Translations under genes and position numbers: made by a program
The notes under the pieces: generated by a model
What the model was told of the DNA's origin: nothing
The model's database searches: none
Seen by the model: the letters and a program-made list of their open reading frames with translations, nothing else
Assembly (NCBI GenBank): GCA_965203905.1
Contig: CBDBDQ010000005.1
Coordinates: 1,280,001-1,344,000, forward strand
Direction: 5' to 3'
DNA from: Spirochaetia bacterium
GTDB lineage: Bacteria; Spirochaetota; Spirochaetia; SZUA-6; Bin103
Length of the DNA: 64,000 nt
In this document: positions 32,285 through 42,610 of the stretch, piece by piece
Layout: every line of letters starts with the position of its first letter
Position numbering within the stretch: position 1 is the first letter of the stretch

Positions 32285-32576
32285 GCCATGACAGCCACTG
32301 GCGCGAGTCGGTGTTCGGCGACGAACTGATGATCGGCGGCGCGCGAGGCGTCCGGGGTTCGAACCACTCAGCAGGGCGACCGTCGCCTCCTTGGCCGACC
32401 TCGGCTATGCAGTCAATTACGCAGCCGCGGATGCCTTCCGGCTGCCGCGTCCCAGCTCCGCGCTCCGCGACGCGCTGCAACGCGGTACCATCCACTTTGC
32501 CGGCGATACCTTCCCGGAACCGCCGACGGTGGTAGATCTGCCCGAGACCGTCGCCCGCGTCCTTAACCGCGACTGA
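32285..32576 (+). pseudogene. M8 protease C-terminal fragment (duplicate of 28795-29085)
   Basis: HDSHWRESVFGDELM...LADLGYAVNYAAAD. Confidence 0.75.
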
Positions 32577-32613
32577 CCGTGCCGCATCGAAAGCACGCCC
32601 CACTGATGTACAT

Positions 32614-33186
32614 TCACTCGCCTCGTGGTGGATCGCACCGACTCCTGTAGTCTCCAGTCGCGGATGCACTGTCCGTATTCGAATAGTCAATACGCACCAA
32701 TGCATCCCGTATCTCGAATACAAGAGTCGCTTCAATCTGAGACAACTCGGCAACAAATCTCGTCACTATGTCTACGGCATCCGTCACGGCGCCACCATTC
32801 TCAGTTATCCATGCTTCCTCATATATGCCGCCTTTATCAAAGCGATAACGTACGTCGATCGGATTGGCTCCGTCATAATAACTTCGAGCATCGAGATTCG
32901 GTCTCATCATGATGCTATGGCGCACCTCGCCATCGCACGACAGGAACACCATATCTTGAGAGATGCGCGCCACTCTTTTGTCGAGAGACATCAGTTTCGC
33001 AGGCTCGATGCTATAACCTGGGACACAAATCAATCCGTGCGTCATCTCGTCGCTAAAACCATCGATATCCGTGAACACCTCACAAATACCGTACGACTTT
33101 ACGTCCTTTACTTCAGCCCACATAGATATCGGAGAAAGAACCAACAAAACAAGCATCGATAGTCGTCTGAAAACCGTCAACATCAT
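32614..33186 (-). CDS. Secreted hypothetical protein (paralog of 29148-29717)
   Basis: High similarity to 29148-29717 over the full length. Confidence 0.7.
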   Translation of the reverse strand: MMLTVFRRLSMLVLLVLSPISMWAEVKDVKSYGICEVFTDIDGFSDEMTHGLICVPGYSIEPAKLMSLDKRVARISQDMVFLSCDGEVRHSIMMRPNLDARSYYDGANPIDVRYRFDKGGIYEEAWITENGGAVTDAVDIVTRFVAELSQIEATLVFEIRDALVRIDYSNTDSASATGDYRSRCDPPRGE

Positions 33187-33416
33187 TCAGTGCGCGAGTC
33201 TCACAGGGGCCCCGCTGCCGGTTGGGTTTGGACCTCGACATGGTGCCCTCCCGGTGACAAGTGCACTATGGGCGAGGCGCCGCCGCGCCCGCATGAGGAC
33301 GGCCCGCGCCCCGACTGGAGCCGTGTTGCTCCGAGGCACCGACCGTTGCCCTATCGGTTGGTCGCGACCCGGCCAGTCGCACGAATGAACCGCGCCGGGT
33401 ACCGCCGCTGCGTAGT

Positions 33417-33536
33417 TATATTGCGGACCGAATGCACCGCAGGATCAACAGTGGAAGCAAGGTTCTTGTGGTAGCTGGTCGTACGCCTCGCTAACTACCG
33501 ATTCGGCAGATGTCGACCGTCGTTGGCAATCGCACG
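33417..33536. repeat. Conserved non-coding element, copy E
   Basis: Direct repeat. Confidence 0.85.
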
Positions 33537-33590
33537 TCACCCTGGAGTGCACTCAACGACAGGCCGCCTGAGGTCGACCTCCCAACTAAA

Positions 33591-36419
33591 CTAGGACTCG
33601 GACCGTGACGAGCGTGCCTCCGACACGTCCTCATAGGGTGGAAGGATCCCGCGGGCGCGGGCGCGGTGCACGGCGTCGAGGCGCCCGCGCGCACCTAACT
33701 TGGCGAAGATGCTACGTACCCGGTAACGCACGCCATCGTAGGATAGCTTGAGGTCCCACGCGATCTCCTTGTCCCGATACCGTTCGAGGCGCTCCAGCAC
33801 GTCGAACTCGCGCTTGCTGAGCGGTCGGTCCGGGACGGCGTCGGCGTCCCGGTTCATGGCCGCCCGCAGCGTAGCCGCCGCTTGGACAACGGCGACATCC
33901 GCGCAGTCGCCGGCGGCGATGTCGTCGAGTAGCGCATGGGCAGATGGTGCGCGCTCGCGGGCGAGCGGCCACCCGTAGTCGGCCCCGGCGAACAGCCGCA
34001 GAAACTCCTCCAAGTGCGCGCGCGCACGGTCTTCGTCGCCGGCCTGGTGCTCCAGCACAGTCGCCAGCGCCAGCCCCCGCATTCGCGTCCGCATGAGACC
34101 GCACTCGGCCGCGATTGCGTGCAGAGCGGCGGCGAGCTCGCGGGCGGCGTCGAACTCGCCGCGGGCGATGAACAACCGTAGCCGCGCGCAAGCGAGCATC
34201 TCGGCCTCGCGCCAGGTCTGACCTTGCAGGTCCGTGCACGCGGCCGCTTGCTCAGGCAGCCGGTCGAAGCGCCAGGCGCGGCTCGCCTCCTCGACATCGC
34301 CGGCAGCCAGCAGCACGGACACGCGCAGGGCTGCCAGCCAGCGCGTCAGCCCCGGCCGCTCGGTTCGCAGCGCGTACTCGCGCGCGTCCTCGACCAGCCG
34401 GAGCGCCTCCTGCGGATTGCCGCGCACCAGTGCAAGCTCCACCTCACCACCGATGCTCGCCGCGTATATGTCGAGCCAGGCGCCACACTCGCCGAGCAGT
34501 CGTGGCGTCAGCCGCGCGCCAGCCACGCGCGGCACTCCTGCCGAGCACTCCAGCTCCAGTTCGGCCGCCAGCACCTCTCCGATCATCACCGCCCCCGCGT
34601 CGCGAAGGTGGCTCGCCCGGGCTGCCTTCAGCGCACGCTGGTAACAGTCCCGGGCCTCCTGCGGACGTCCCATCGCCATGGCGACGGAACCCGCGTGGAA
34701 ATCGACGTGGGCCTGGTACGGCGAGCCTCGTCTGAGCGCCGCCCGGGCACGCCCTGCCCACTCGATGGACTGGTCAAATGCGGTCACGTGGTGGTAGTAG
34801 ATGCACACTCCCAGGCTGAACAATCCGCGCAGCAATGGGTCGGTGCCCGGTGCGTCCGCGATCGTCTTCGCACCCGCGATCGGGAGCGTCCCGTCGCTGA
34901 ACGGCATGCACCCGCACAGGTACTGCTGGCCCACGACAAAGAAGTGGTCAATCTGCAGGGCCCGATCGTCTCCGCCCGCGCGGTCCCGCGTAAAGCCAGC
35001 GGTCGCCGCGGACGCGGCCTGGTAGGCCCGCTTCGTGGCGCCGACATCGCCGGAAGCGGTCAGCACGATGCAATGCGCGAGCGCCAGGCGCGGATAGTTC
35101 GCCAGCACCTGCTCGCTCAGCAGCCCGTCGACCGCGCGCAACGCGTCCAGGCCCTGCTCCAGCCACAGCCTGACGCCACCGGCTCCCTCCGCGATCGGAC
35201 CGAGCAGCTCGGCGTCGCTCGCCTCCAGTGCGTGGCGCAGCGCCTCGACAGCGCGGCCGCGGCGCGCGAGCGCAAGCGCAATGCCGCGGTGGATCGCTCG
35301 ATAGCGCTGCGGGTCTTCCTCGAACCGCCGTTTCTCGCAGTGGTCCTTGATGAGCGGATGCAGCCGCATCGCCGATCGGGGCCCGGCCGTGGTCGACCAC
35401 AGCCCCGCCAGGGCCCGCAGCGACGCGAGCCGCCGTGCCGCGTTGCCCGCCCCGGTCACCTCGTCGATCAGCTCCGGGGCGACTTCGTCGAACAGCGCGA
35501 CATCAAGCACGAAGTCGCGATCCTCCGCCGAAATGCCCCGCCACAGCCGCGTCTCGATCCACCCGGCCACCGTGTCGTCGCCAGCACCGGCGCTTGCCGC
35601 CCCGTGCCGCCCGGCGTTGCGGTACATGCGCAGCGCGATGGGCCAGCCCGCCGAGTCAGCTACCACCGTCGCCAACTCCCGCCGCGACAGCCGCCGCTCG
35701 AAGAACCGGGACACGTCGCGGGCCGAAAACCGCAGGTCCTCCGCCCCGACCGTGCCACCCCGCCCTTCCAGCGCGAACATGGCGATGTCCAGGCCCGGCG
35801 GACGTTCCCGGAACGCCATCCCCACGTGCAGCGTGGGCGGCGCGTGTCGCAGCAGCGCGTTGATCACCGCGACCGCCTCCGGACTGTGCAGCCGCTCCAC
35901 TTCGTCGAGCGCCAGCACACACGGCGCACCGTGCCGCTCCAGCGCCCGGAACAGCAGGTTGAGCCGATACTCGGCTTGACTGTCCGCGGCCCGGTCCGAC
36001 TCCGCCCCGCCGGATCCCGTGGGCGCAGCCCGTTGCTCGGCCGAGTCGAAGGTCGCCACTCCGGCGCGCTCGAAAGCAAGGGCAAGATAGGCCGCCACCG
36101 ACCCCCGCCCGTCCTCTTCCTCGAGTGAAAGCCAGGCCACCGCCACGCCCCGCCGCCGCAGCTCCCGGCAGCGCTCGCCCAGCAGGGCGGTTTTGCCGAA
36201 GCCACCGGGAGCGCAGAGGACCGTCAAACGGTGCTCCAGCAGCGCGCACCGTTGCTCCACCTCCGTACGCCGGATGTAGCCCTCGATGGGATCGGGCAAC
36301 TCCACCCGGTAACGCTGCAGCCAGCGCGCCTCCTGCGGCGCCGGTTCAGGAACCCGCGCCGCGGCGGGTCTCGCCACGGACTCCGGTGCGAGCTCACCGC
36401 GGTCTCCCTCGTTCTTCAT
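33591..36419 (-). CDS. MalT/LAL-type large LuxR transcriptional regulator (STAND ATPase, TPR region, HTH)
   Basis: APGGFGKTALL, LALDE, GWPIALR, RLHPLI, LSKREFDVL..DKEIA..L. Confidence 0.9.
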   Translation of the reverse strand: MKNEGDRGELAPESVARPAAARVPEPAPQEARWLQRYRVELPDPIEGYIRRTEVEQRCALLEHRLTVLCAPGGFGKTALLGERCRELRRRGVAVAWLSLEEEDGRGSVAAYLALAFERAGVATFDSAEQRAAPTGSGGAESDRAADSQAEYRLNLLFRALERHGAPCVLALDEVERLHSPEAVAVINALLRHAPPTLHVGMAFRERPPGLDIAMFALEGRGGTVGAEDLRFSARDVSRFFERRLSRRELATVVADSAGWPIALRMYRNAGRHGAASAGAGDDTVAGWIETRLWRGISAEDRDFVLDVALFDEVAPELIDEVTGAGNAARRLASLRALAGLWSTTAGPRSAMRLHPLIKDHCEKRRFEEDPQRYRAIHRGIALALARRGRAVEALRHALEASDAELLGPIAEGAGGVRLWLEQGLDALRAVDGLLSEQVLANYPRLALAHCIVLTASGDVGATKRAYQAASAATAGFTRDRAGGDDRALQIDHFFVVGQQYLCGCMPFSDGTLPIAGAKTIADAPGTDPLLRGLFSLGVCIYYHHVTAFDQSIEWAGRARAALRRGSPYQAHVDFHAGSVAMAMGRPQEARDCYQRALKAARASHLRDAGAVMIGEVLAAELELECSAGVPRVAGARLTPRLLGECGAWLDIYAASIGGEVELALVRGNPQEALRLVEDAREYALRTERPGLTRWLAALRVSVLLAAGDVEEASRAWRFDRLPEQAAACTDLQGQTWREAEMLACARLRLFIARGEFDAARELAAALHAIAAECGLMRTRMRGLALATVLEHQAGDEDRARAHLEEFLRLFAGADYGWPLARERAPSAHALLDDIAAGDCADVAVVQAAATLRAAMNRDADAVPDRPLSKREFDVLERLERYRDKEIAWDLKLSYDGVRYRVRSIFAKLGARGRLDAVHRARARGILPPYEDVSEARSSRSES

Positions 36420-36825
36420 CGAATGAGCGCCTTGTGTTGCGCAGTCCGCCGTCGCCGCGGATACGTGACGCGACTCAGGTCACCGGCCTCCTCCCACACA
36501 CCGACCCGAGCGTCCGCGCAGCGCCGGACGCCGTGGCGCTCCACCGCGGCCTCGATCCCTCCAGCGATCCTGCCACTCCTCCGGTCCTCCGATTGATCGG
36601 CAGTCTGGCTCGGTTTGGTGGTCAGTGTCCCCCTCGGAGGTGTTCCACGGCCGTGCAATCGACCGGGATCAAGCGGATCGAGCGTCTGCGAACGTGCGGA
36701 ATACCGGATTCTACCGCCCGACGGGGGCCGGAGCGCCTCTGGCCCCGACCGGTGCCGGGTACCGCCGTTTGTCGCGTAGTCAGTGCTGAAGGCGATGTCC
36801 GGAGCATAACCGCCGACTAGACGGT

Positions 36826-36905
36826 AGGATCAATAGTACAAGGGGTTTTTTATGGTAGCCGTCGCGAATCCCCGTAACTACTGACTCGGTAGATGTCGAT
36901 CACCG
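36826..36905. repeat. Conserved non-coding element, diverged copy F
   Basis: AGGATCAATAGTACAAGGGGTTTTTTATGGTAGC..GTAACTACTGACTCGGTAGATGTCGA. Confidence 0.7.
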
Positions 36906-36959
36906 TGCCAAGCCCACGCCTCAGGGGCCATTCCGGCTGCAGCTCCTCGCCGAGGCAGA

Positions 36960-37112
36960 CCGCCTTCGCAGCGAGAACCTGCGGGTGGATTACCATGAGG
37001 TCCGATCCGCGGCACCTGTCCGCGGACGCCCCTGCACTTCACGGCGCTGCACGAGATCGGTCACGTGCTTGGCTTCGGTACGCTCTGGGAACGCTTCGGC
37101 TACCTGCTTGCA
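36960..37112 (+). pseudogene. M8 protease HExxH fragment
   Basis: DPRHLSAD..LHFTALHEIGHVLGFGTLWERFGYL. Confidence 0.7.
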
Positions 37113-37278
37113 GGCCTTGGACCCGCTCGGCGAGTGAGCGCTTACGGCGACCCCGTATCTGTCCATGGGCGTGCGGCAAGCAGCAGAGACAAACCGCATT
37201 CGTTCTGCGCATCAGAATCGGCTCCATCCTGCGCCAAGTCCTGCGTTCCTTCACCTCCACGGATGGCCCGAGAACCTC

Positions 37279-39154
37279 TCAAGGACTCAGAAACACCTCC
37301 CTCATCCGGGTGATCGTCTCATCTTCCAACTCATCTATGGCATCCCCAATCGACTCACGTAACTTATCACGGCCCAACAGTTCCTCAAGTTTGCGAAGTG
37401 CGGTGTTTATAACTACCGCACCAGCGACAGCGCCTACTGCTGCGCCTACTGCTGCGCCGATCACACTACCTACAGGCCCGCCGGCGGCACCAGCAGCAAG
37501 ACCTGTCCCAGCACCCGCCGCCGCACCCGCCAAACGACCGAGAATCCGTCGCGCCACCGTGCGCGGCACGGCCTCAAGAAGGGCCGCCGACGCTCTTTTT
37601 ATCAATCCCTTCGCCGCAAGGCGAGCAACAACCCTCGAACCTATCACTCGACCGACTGCAGCGCCCAAAGCTGCGCCACCGGCGCTGCCCCAAAGCCTCG
37701 TCTCGAACGGGATACTCTCAGCAGCAAACGCACGAGCGAGCTCGGAAGCGGAGAGCTCCTTTGATGTCTCCAGCGGAATGCCATCTTCCACTTCAATTGC
37801 GCGCGCCTCGATAAGCCCATCGCGCTCTTCCCGAAAGCGTATTATCATTGTGTCTCACATGATCCAGAACGGCCAGCTCTGCTTCAACCCTCGCGAACGG
37901 ATCTCCTTCCATCACATACTCGAACATTCTCTCTCTCATCTTCTGCTCGTGACTTCCCTCGACCGCAGCGACAAACCGAAATACCTCCGCCGACATACTA
38001 TAGTACCAATCCAAGAATCGTGGGACGTTGTTCCTCATCTGATCGAAGGCCACTCCAAGTTCAGGCTCAATTAATTCTCTATAACTATCTGCACTTATTT
38101 CTCCGATATACGATGTCGTCTGTTCCTCCAGTTCGTGAATCATTGAGATGGTCCCAGGGCGAACCATCCTGTTCTCTACGAGTTCCACGTCTCGACGAAT
38201 GTCAAAGAACAGTAACGCGTATACGCAGCACAGCAATGTAATCGTGATAATTATTATAGATCTCTTCGGTAGCCCCGGTGGCTTCGGTACGTTCTTTGAG
38301 CTTGGTGCGATGGTGCGATTGATAAGCTCGCTTGGTCTAACCAAGAATGGAGACAATGCCGCCGTTATACTAACAAAGAACCCAAAAACGCTTAGAAAAT
38401 ATACAACTATATAGGCCAAGCGACCAACATCATCGTTTGTGCGCAGAACAGTCAACCCGAAGTCGCTCAAAGCGTTTATCGTTCTCATGATGTTGAACAA
38501 TTGCTCGACAGGCGCGCTAGATCCGGAATAGGTCGCCTGAGCTTCTATAGCGGAAGACAGGTCATTGTACCGCGGATGATCAGCACCCCAGTTATCAGCA
38601 ATACCAAATACGAGCGTAGCCACCAAGGCTGTGGTTACACTAGCGGGCACCGAGAACAGGGCGCCGCAGGCGAATGGTCTGACGCCGTTGGTGAGCAAAG
38701 GCTTTGACACATAATGCAGAAAGAAGTAGAGCAACGGTATCGACACGAGCACGGACGCCCATAGAGACCACTCCGAGCCTGGTGAGAAAGTGACTCGCAC
38801 AACCAGATAAATGGACGCCCAAACGGACAGGATCATGGCCAATACCATTCGCCACCAGTAGCCCGCCAGAAGGCGAACTAACCAACTGCGCTCTTTCAGT
38901 GCACCCTGCCAAAAAATAATGCGCGTCACCGCAGAACAATAGGCGGATATGGCAACAATCGGAATCGCGACAACGAGGCTCGACAGAAATGTCGAGAACG
39001 GTCCGAGTTTATTCAATGAATTGGAGACGGCGTACAGAATTGCCACGTATGAGATCGACAAAAACGAATACCGTATGGGCGACGAGAACGGTTGATCGAT
39101 GCTCCCATCGTCGCTCGTTGGCGTGGTATTGCTGTGCAGATCGTCGCTCTTCAC
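37279..39154 (-). pseudogene. Multi-pass membrane protein with glycine-zipper C-terminus, split by a frameshift near 37850
   Basis: 453-aa TM-rich ORF overlaps a 189-aa ORF with GAAAGAGTGLAAGAAGGPVG repeats; low GC. Confidence 0.6.
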
Positions 39155-39246
39155 AATGGTGTTACCCCCTCCGTCCGATAAGGCTTGCTACGGGCAGCGT
39201 TACGAGGACGCGACATCCGAAACAGTTGGGAGACGTATGGCCGGAG

Positions 39247-39362
39247 GTATATTGCGGTCCCGAGTGCACCGCAGGATCAACAGTGGAAGCAAGGTTTTTA
39301 CGGTAGCTGGTCGTACGCCTCAGTAACTACCGATTCGGCAGGTGTCGCGGGTGTCGACCGTC
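39247..39362. repeat. Conserved non-coding element, copy G
   Basis: Direct repeat. Confidence 0.85.
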
Positions 39363-39574
39363 GGAACAATCGCATGTACCCATGACCTACCTTGGAGGAA
39401 GCGGCCTTCGCGGCTCCTTTGGCTCGTAACGATCAGCCCGTCCTAGCGCCCCTACAACTGCTTCGCCAGGACGCCCTGTTTCCCCCCATGGCGATAGTCT
39501 TCCTGCCGCCGGCGACCGTCTATGCGTGGTGCTGGCGTCGGTGCAGTCAACTCGCTAAAGGCGCGAGGGGACGA

Positions 39575-39945
39575 TCGATTCCGCCGGCACCCAGACCAAG
39601 CTGGCGCTGCGCATCGCTCGCCGCTACGGCTGCGTTCTGGAGAGCACGTTGCCGATGAGCGGCAGCCTCAGCTCCCTGAGCACCGCGGCGTTCTATGCCC
39701 GAGCCGCCAAGTATCGCATCGCCAGCTACCACAACCTGCGCCGCAACCTCTCCCGGTGGTGCCGCTGGCTCTCCAACCAGGGACCGATTCTGGCACGCGT
39801 GGCGGTGGACCGTACCTGGGACCGGGCCACGCGCACCCACGGCGAGCTGGAGGTGTATCGACCGGACACCGAGCGCGGCGGGCACGCGGTGTGCCTGGTG
39901 GGATACACCGAGCACGGCTTCATCGTGCGCAACAGTCGGACCGGC
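39575..39945 (+). pseudogene. Papain-family (C1) peptidase fragment
   Basis: ARRYGCVLE..P, QGPI, GGHAVCLVGY....FIVRNS. Confidence 0.75.
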
Positions 39946-39955
39946 ATCGGACCAG

Positions 39956-40939
39956 GTGGACCCCGGCACGCCTGAGCCGGAGGTCAGCCGTCCGCACGAC
40001 AAGTACTTCCAGAGGGTGTTCTCCAATGCAGAGGACGCCGCCAGCCTGTTGCGCTCCTGCGTACCGGCGGCGCTCGCGCGGACGTTGCGGTGGTCGACGC
40101 TGACCCACCTGCCGGGTCGCTTCGTCAGCGACGACTGGCACGACAGCGAGGGCGACCTGGTGTTCTCGGTGCAGCGGAAGGGCAGCGACGAGGTGCCGGT
40201 GCTGGTGTACGTGGTGCTGGAACATCAGTCGACCCCGGACCGGTGGATGCCACTGCGGATGCTGAACTACTGCACGCAGGTATGGGTGGCGTGGCAGGAC
40301 AGCCACCAGCAGGAGGAGAGGTTGCCGCTGATCGTGCCGCTGGTATTCTATCAGGGAGGCCAGCGGTGGGAGTACGCGAGGGAGTTTGCGGAGCTGGTAG
40401 CGGATGCGGAGGAATGGCGGTGGGTACCGAGGTTCGAGCACCTGCTGATCGACCAGACGGAGCAGAGTCCGGATTCGGTGACCGGGGCGGTGGCAGCGAG
40501 GCTGCTGCAGATCTCGATGATGGCGAGGTTTCGGGAGGCGTCGGGCGAGCTATTGGAGCAGGCGACGCGATTGATACGGGAGTTGTACCGCGCCAGAGGG
40601 TTCGACGCAGTAGCCAAGCACGTGGAGTACGTGCTGGCGACGCAGCCAAAAGCAAACCGGAGGCTGTTTGCGGAGGCGTTGCGGAGGAACGTGCCGGGAC
40701 GGGGAGGAGACCTGATGAACTACGTTGAGGAGTTGATCGAGCAGGGCCGGCAGGAAGGCCGCCGCGAAGGTGAGCTGAAGGGCCGCCAGGAAGGCCGCCA
40801 GGAAGGCCGCCACGAAGGGCAGGTGCACACCATCGAGGGCTTCCTGCGACAGGATTTGCCGTGGTCCGCCATCGAGGCGGCTACCGGGATCGACGAGGCC
40901 GCGTTCCGGCGCCTCAAGCAGCAACTGGAACGCCGCTGA
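39956..40939 (+). CDS. Rpn-family nuclease (second subtype); internal RBS and ATG at 40715
   Basis: PHDKYFQRVF, SEGDLVF, YVVLEHQSTPD..MPLRML.Y, PLVFYQG, EGRQEG repeats. Confidence 0.9.
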   Translation: MDPGTPEPEVSRPHDKYFQRVFSNAEDAASLLRSCVPAALARTLRWSTLTHLPGRFVSDDWHDSEGDLVFSVQRKGSDEVPVLVYVVLEHQSTPDRWMPLRMLNYCTQVWVAWQDSHQQEERLPLIVPLVFYQGGQRWEYAREFAELVADAEEWRWVPRFEHLLIDQTEQSPDSVTGAVAARLLQISMMARFREASGELLEQATRLIRELYRARGFDAVAKHVEYVLATQPKANRRLFAEALRRNVPGRGGDLMNYVEELIEQGRQEGRREGELKGRQEGRQEGRHEGQVHTIEGFLRQDLPWSAIEAATGIDEAAFRRLKQQLERR

Positions 40940-40959
40940 CGGCGGCGCCGTCCAGTTGC

Positions 40960-41110
40960 GCTATACGCGGGGGGGAGAACCAGATGCTGCGCAGGGCGCC
41001 GGGGGAGTGGATCACCGGCTCCTCGGCGAAGATCACGTCGTCCCACACGAAGCCGCCCTGCAGAGCCGGGAAGTAGCTCACCACCGCCAGTACCGCCAGC
41101 GCCGCCGGCC
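40960..41110 (-). pseudogene. TMTC-like membrane glycosyltransferase N-terminal fragment
   Basis: LAVLAVVSYFPALQGGFVWDDVIFAEEPVIHSPGALRSIWFSP. Confidence 0.6.
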
Positions 41111-41469
41111 CGTCCTGCTCCGGTCATCTGGGGGCCGTCGTCGCGCAGGATCTCCACCGCCGCTCCGGTGCCCAGAAACGCACCTCGCTCGCCGAGCCAT
41201 CGCCTGCAAGGACCGCTCTCACGGGGCTGGTCTTCTTCTCTCTGCTGTTTGGGCTGTCAGCAGGGACCAGGATCTCGTGGGGCAGACGGCCGCCAGGCGA
41301 TCGCGGACCACAAGGGCCGCAGGGTGGACGCGGGCCACAAGGATCACCCGGATCGGGAGGAACATCAACTTCCTCGGCGGATGGAGGTACGGCTCATCAC
41401 CGTACGCAGTGCCGATTCTCGGCGTGAATAACTCTGGCACGCTTGGCCAAGCTATCTATCAGGTCCCTG

Positions 41470-42054
41470 CGGATCGGCGACAAACGGGAGCGGCGGCCGG
41501 AGCAGGGCGGCCGTCACCCTGTGCGCCGCCCTGCTGACCGCATGCAGCTTCGAATACTCCGATGCCGACGCATCACCCTCGCAACTGCTTGAGCACATAC
41601 CGAAACCGAGCTCACCGAGGTAACCCACACCATCGTCCGCAACGGGCGCGTGGCGGCCGAGTTCCGCGCCCGGCAGGTGCGCAACTTCCCCCGCGCCGGC
41701 CGCACGGAGTTGGATGACGTGCTCTACCACGAGTACGACCGCAACGGCCTTCCGGTGACCGGCGGCAACGCCGACCGCGCCGTGTACTTCACCGAGCGCG
41801 AGGACGCCGAGGTGGCCGGCGCGATCCGCTTGCGCTCCCAGTCGCAGGGCGTCTGGCTGGAAGCCGAGACCCTGCGCTGGGAGGACGCCAGCCACCGGCT
41901 GTTCTCCGGCCCCGACGAGACCGTGGCGCTCACCCGCGACGACGGCTCGCAGGTGACCGGCGTCGGTCTCCAGGTAGACGTGTGCCGCAAGACATCCGGT
42001 TCTCGGGCCCCGTCAGCGGAACCCTGGTCGGCGAAACCGGGGCGGGGGAGTAGG
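41470..42054 (+). pseudogene. lptC-like copy 7 (frameshifts near 41600 and 41993)
   Basis: Full-length DNA homology with small deletions. Confidence 0.8.
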
Positions 42055-42344
42055 CGGAAAGCGCGCGGCGGGGGCGCGGGAGGCGGTGTGCGGCCGCTAC
42101 GGCGATCGGTCATGCGCGGCAGGCGCCTGCAACCGAACCGGGCGCCCTGGGACCGCCGGCGCGGCGCCCGCGCGGGGCGTTGCAGCCACGACCTCGCCGG
42201 GCCGTCGTGCAATAGTGCGTGAAGCCCCAGGTAGTCGAGTGTTGCTGCATTGCCCACCCCGCGCTGGCCGAATGCGACGTTGATCAGGACCTTGTGACTG
42301 CCGGCATCGCCGAGCCCGCGTATACCACACGGAACGCGCGGACT

Positions 42345-42545
42345 CCGAGTCTAAGGGCTGCGGGCGGAGGCGCTGCGCTGGGAGCAACGAACGCCGACGG
42401 CTGGTCACCGGAGCCGGTGGAGCTCTACCGTGAGAACGGCTCCGAGATGCGCGGCACCGGTCTTGAGGCGGACGTGCTCAGCAGGACGATCCGGGTCTCG
42501 GGACCGGTCAGCGGAACGGTGGTCGCCGTCACCGCCGGCGAAGAG
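42345..42545 (+). pseudogene. Diverged lptC-like 3' fragment (copy 8)
   Basis: EPVELYRENGSEMRGTGLEADVLSRTIRVSGPVSGTVVAVTAGE. Confidence 0.7.
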
Positions 42546-42610
42546 TCAACGATTCATTCACACGTGTGGGGTGTGAGGTCGTGTTTGGCTTCCGGAGTAC
42601 TAAAGAAGCC

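Noticed and set aside
18897-36128. Long ORFs 18897-20948 (+), 22468-24918 (+), 34224-36128 (+) and similar
   Set aside because: Antisense shadows of real high-GC genes, with no recognisable motifs.
21990-39362. CRISPR array interpretation of the repeated non-coding element
   Set aside because: Repeats are ~120 bp and spaced kilobases apart; no cas genes.
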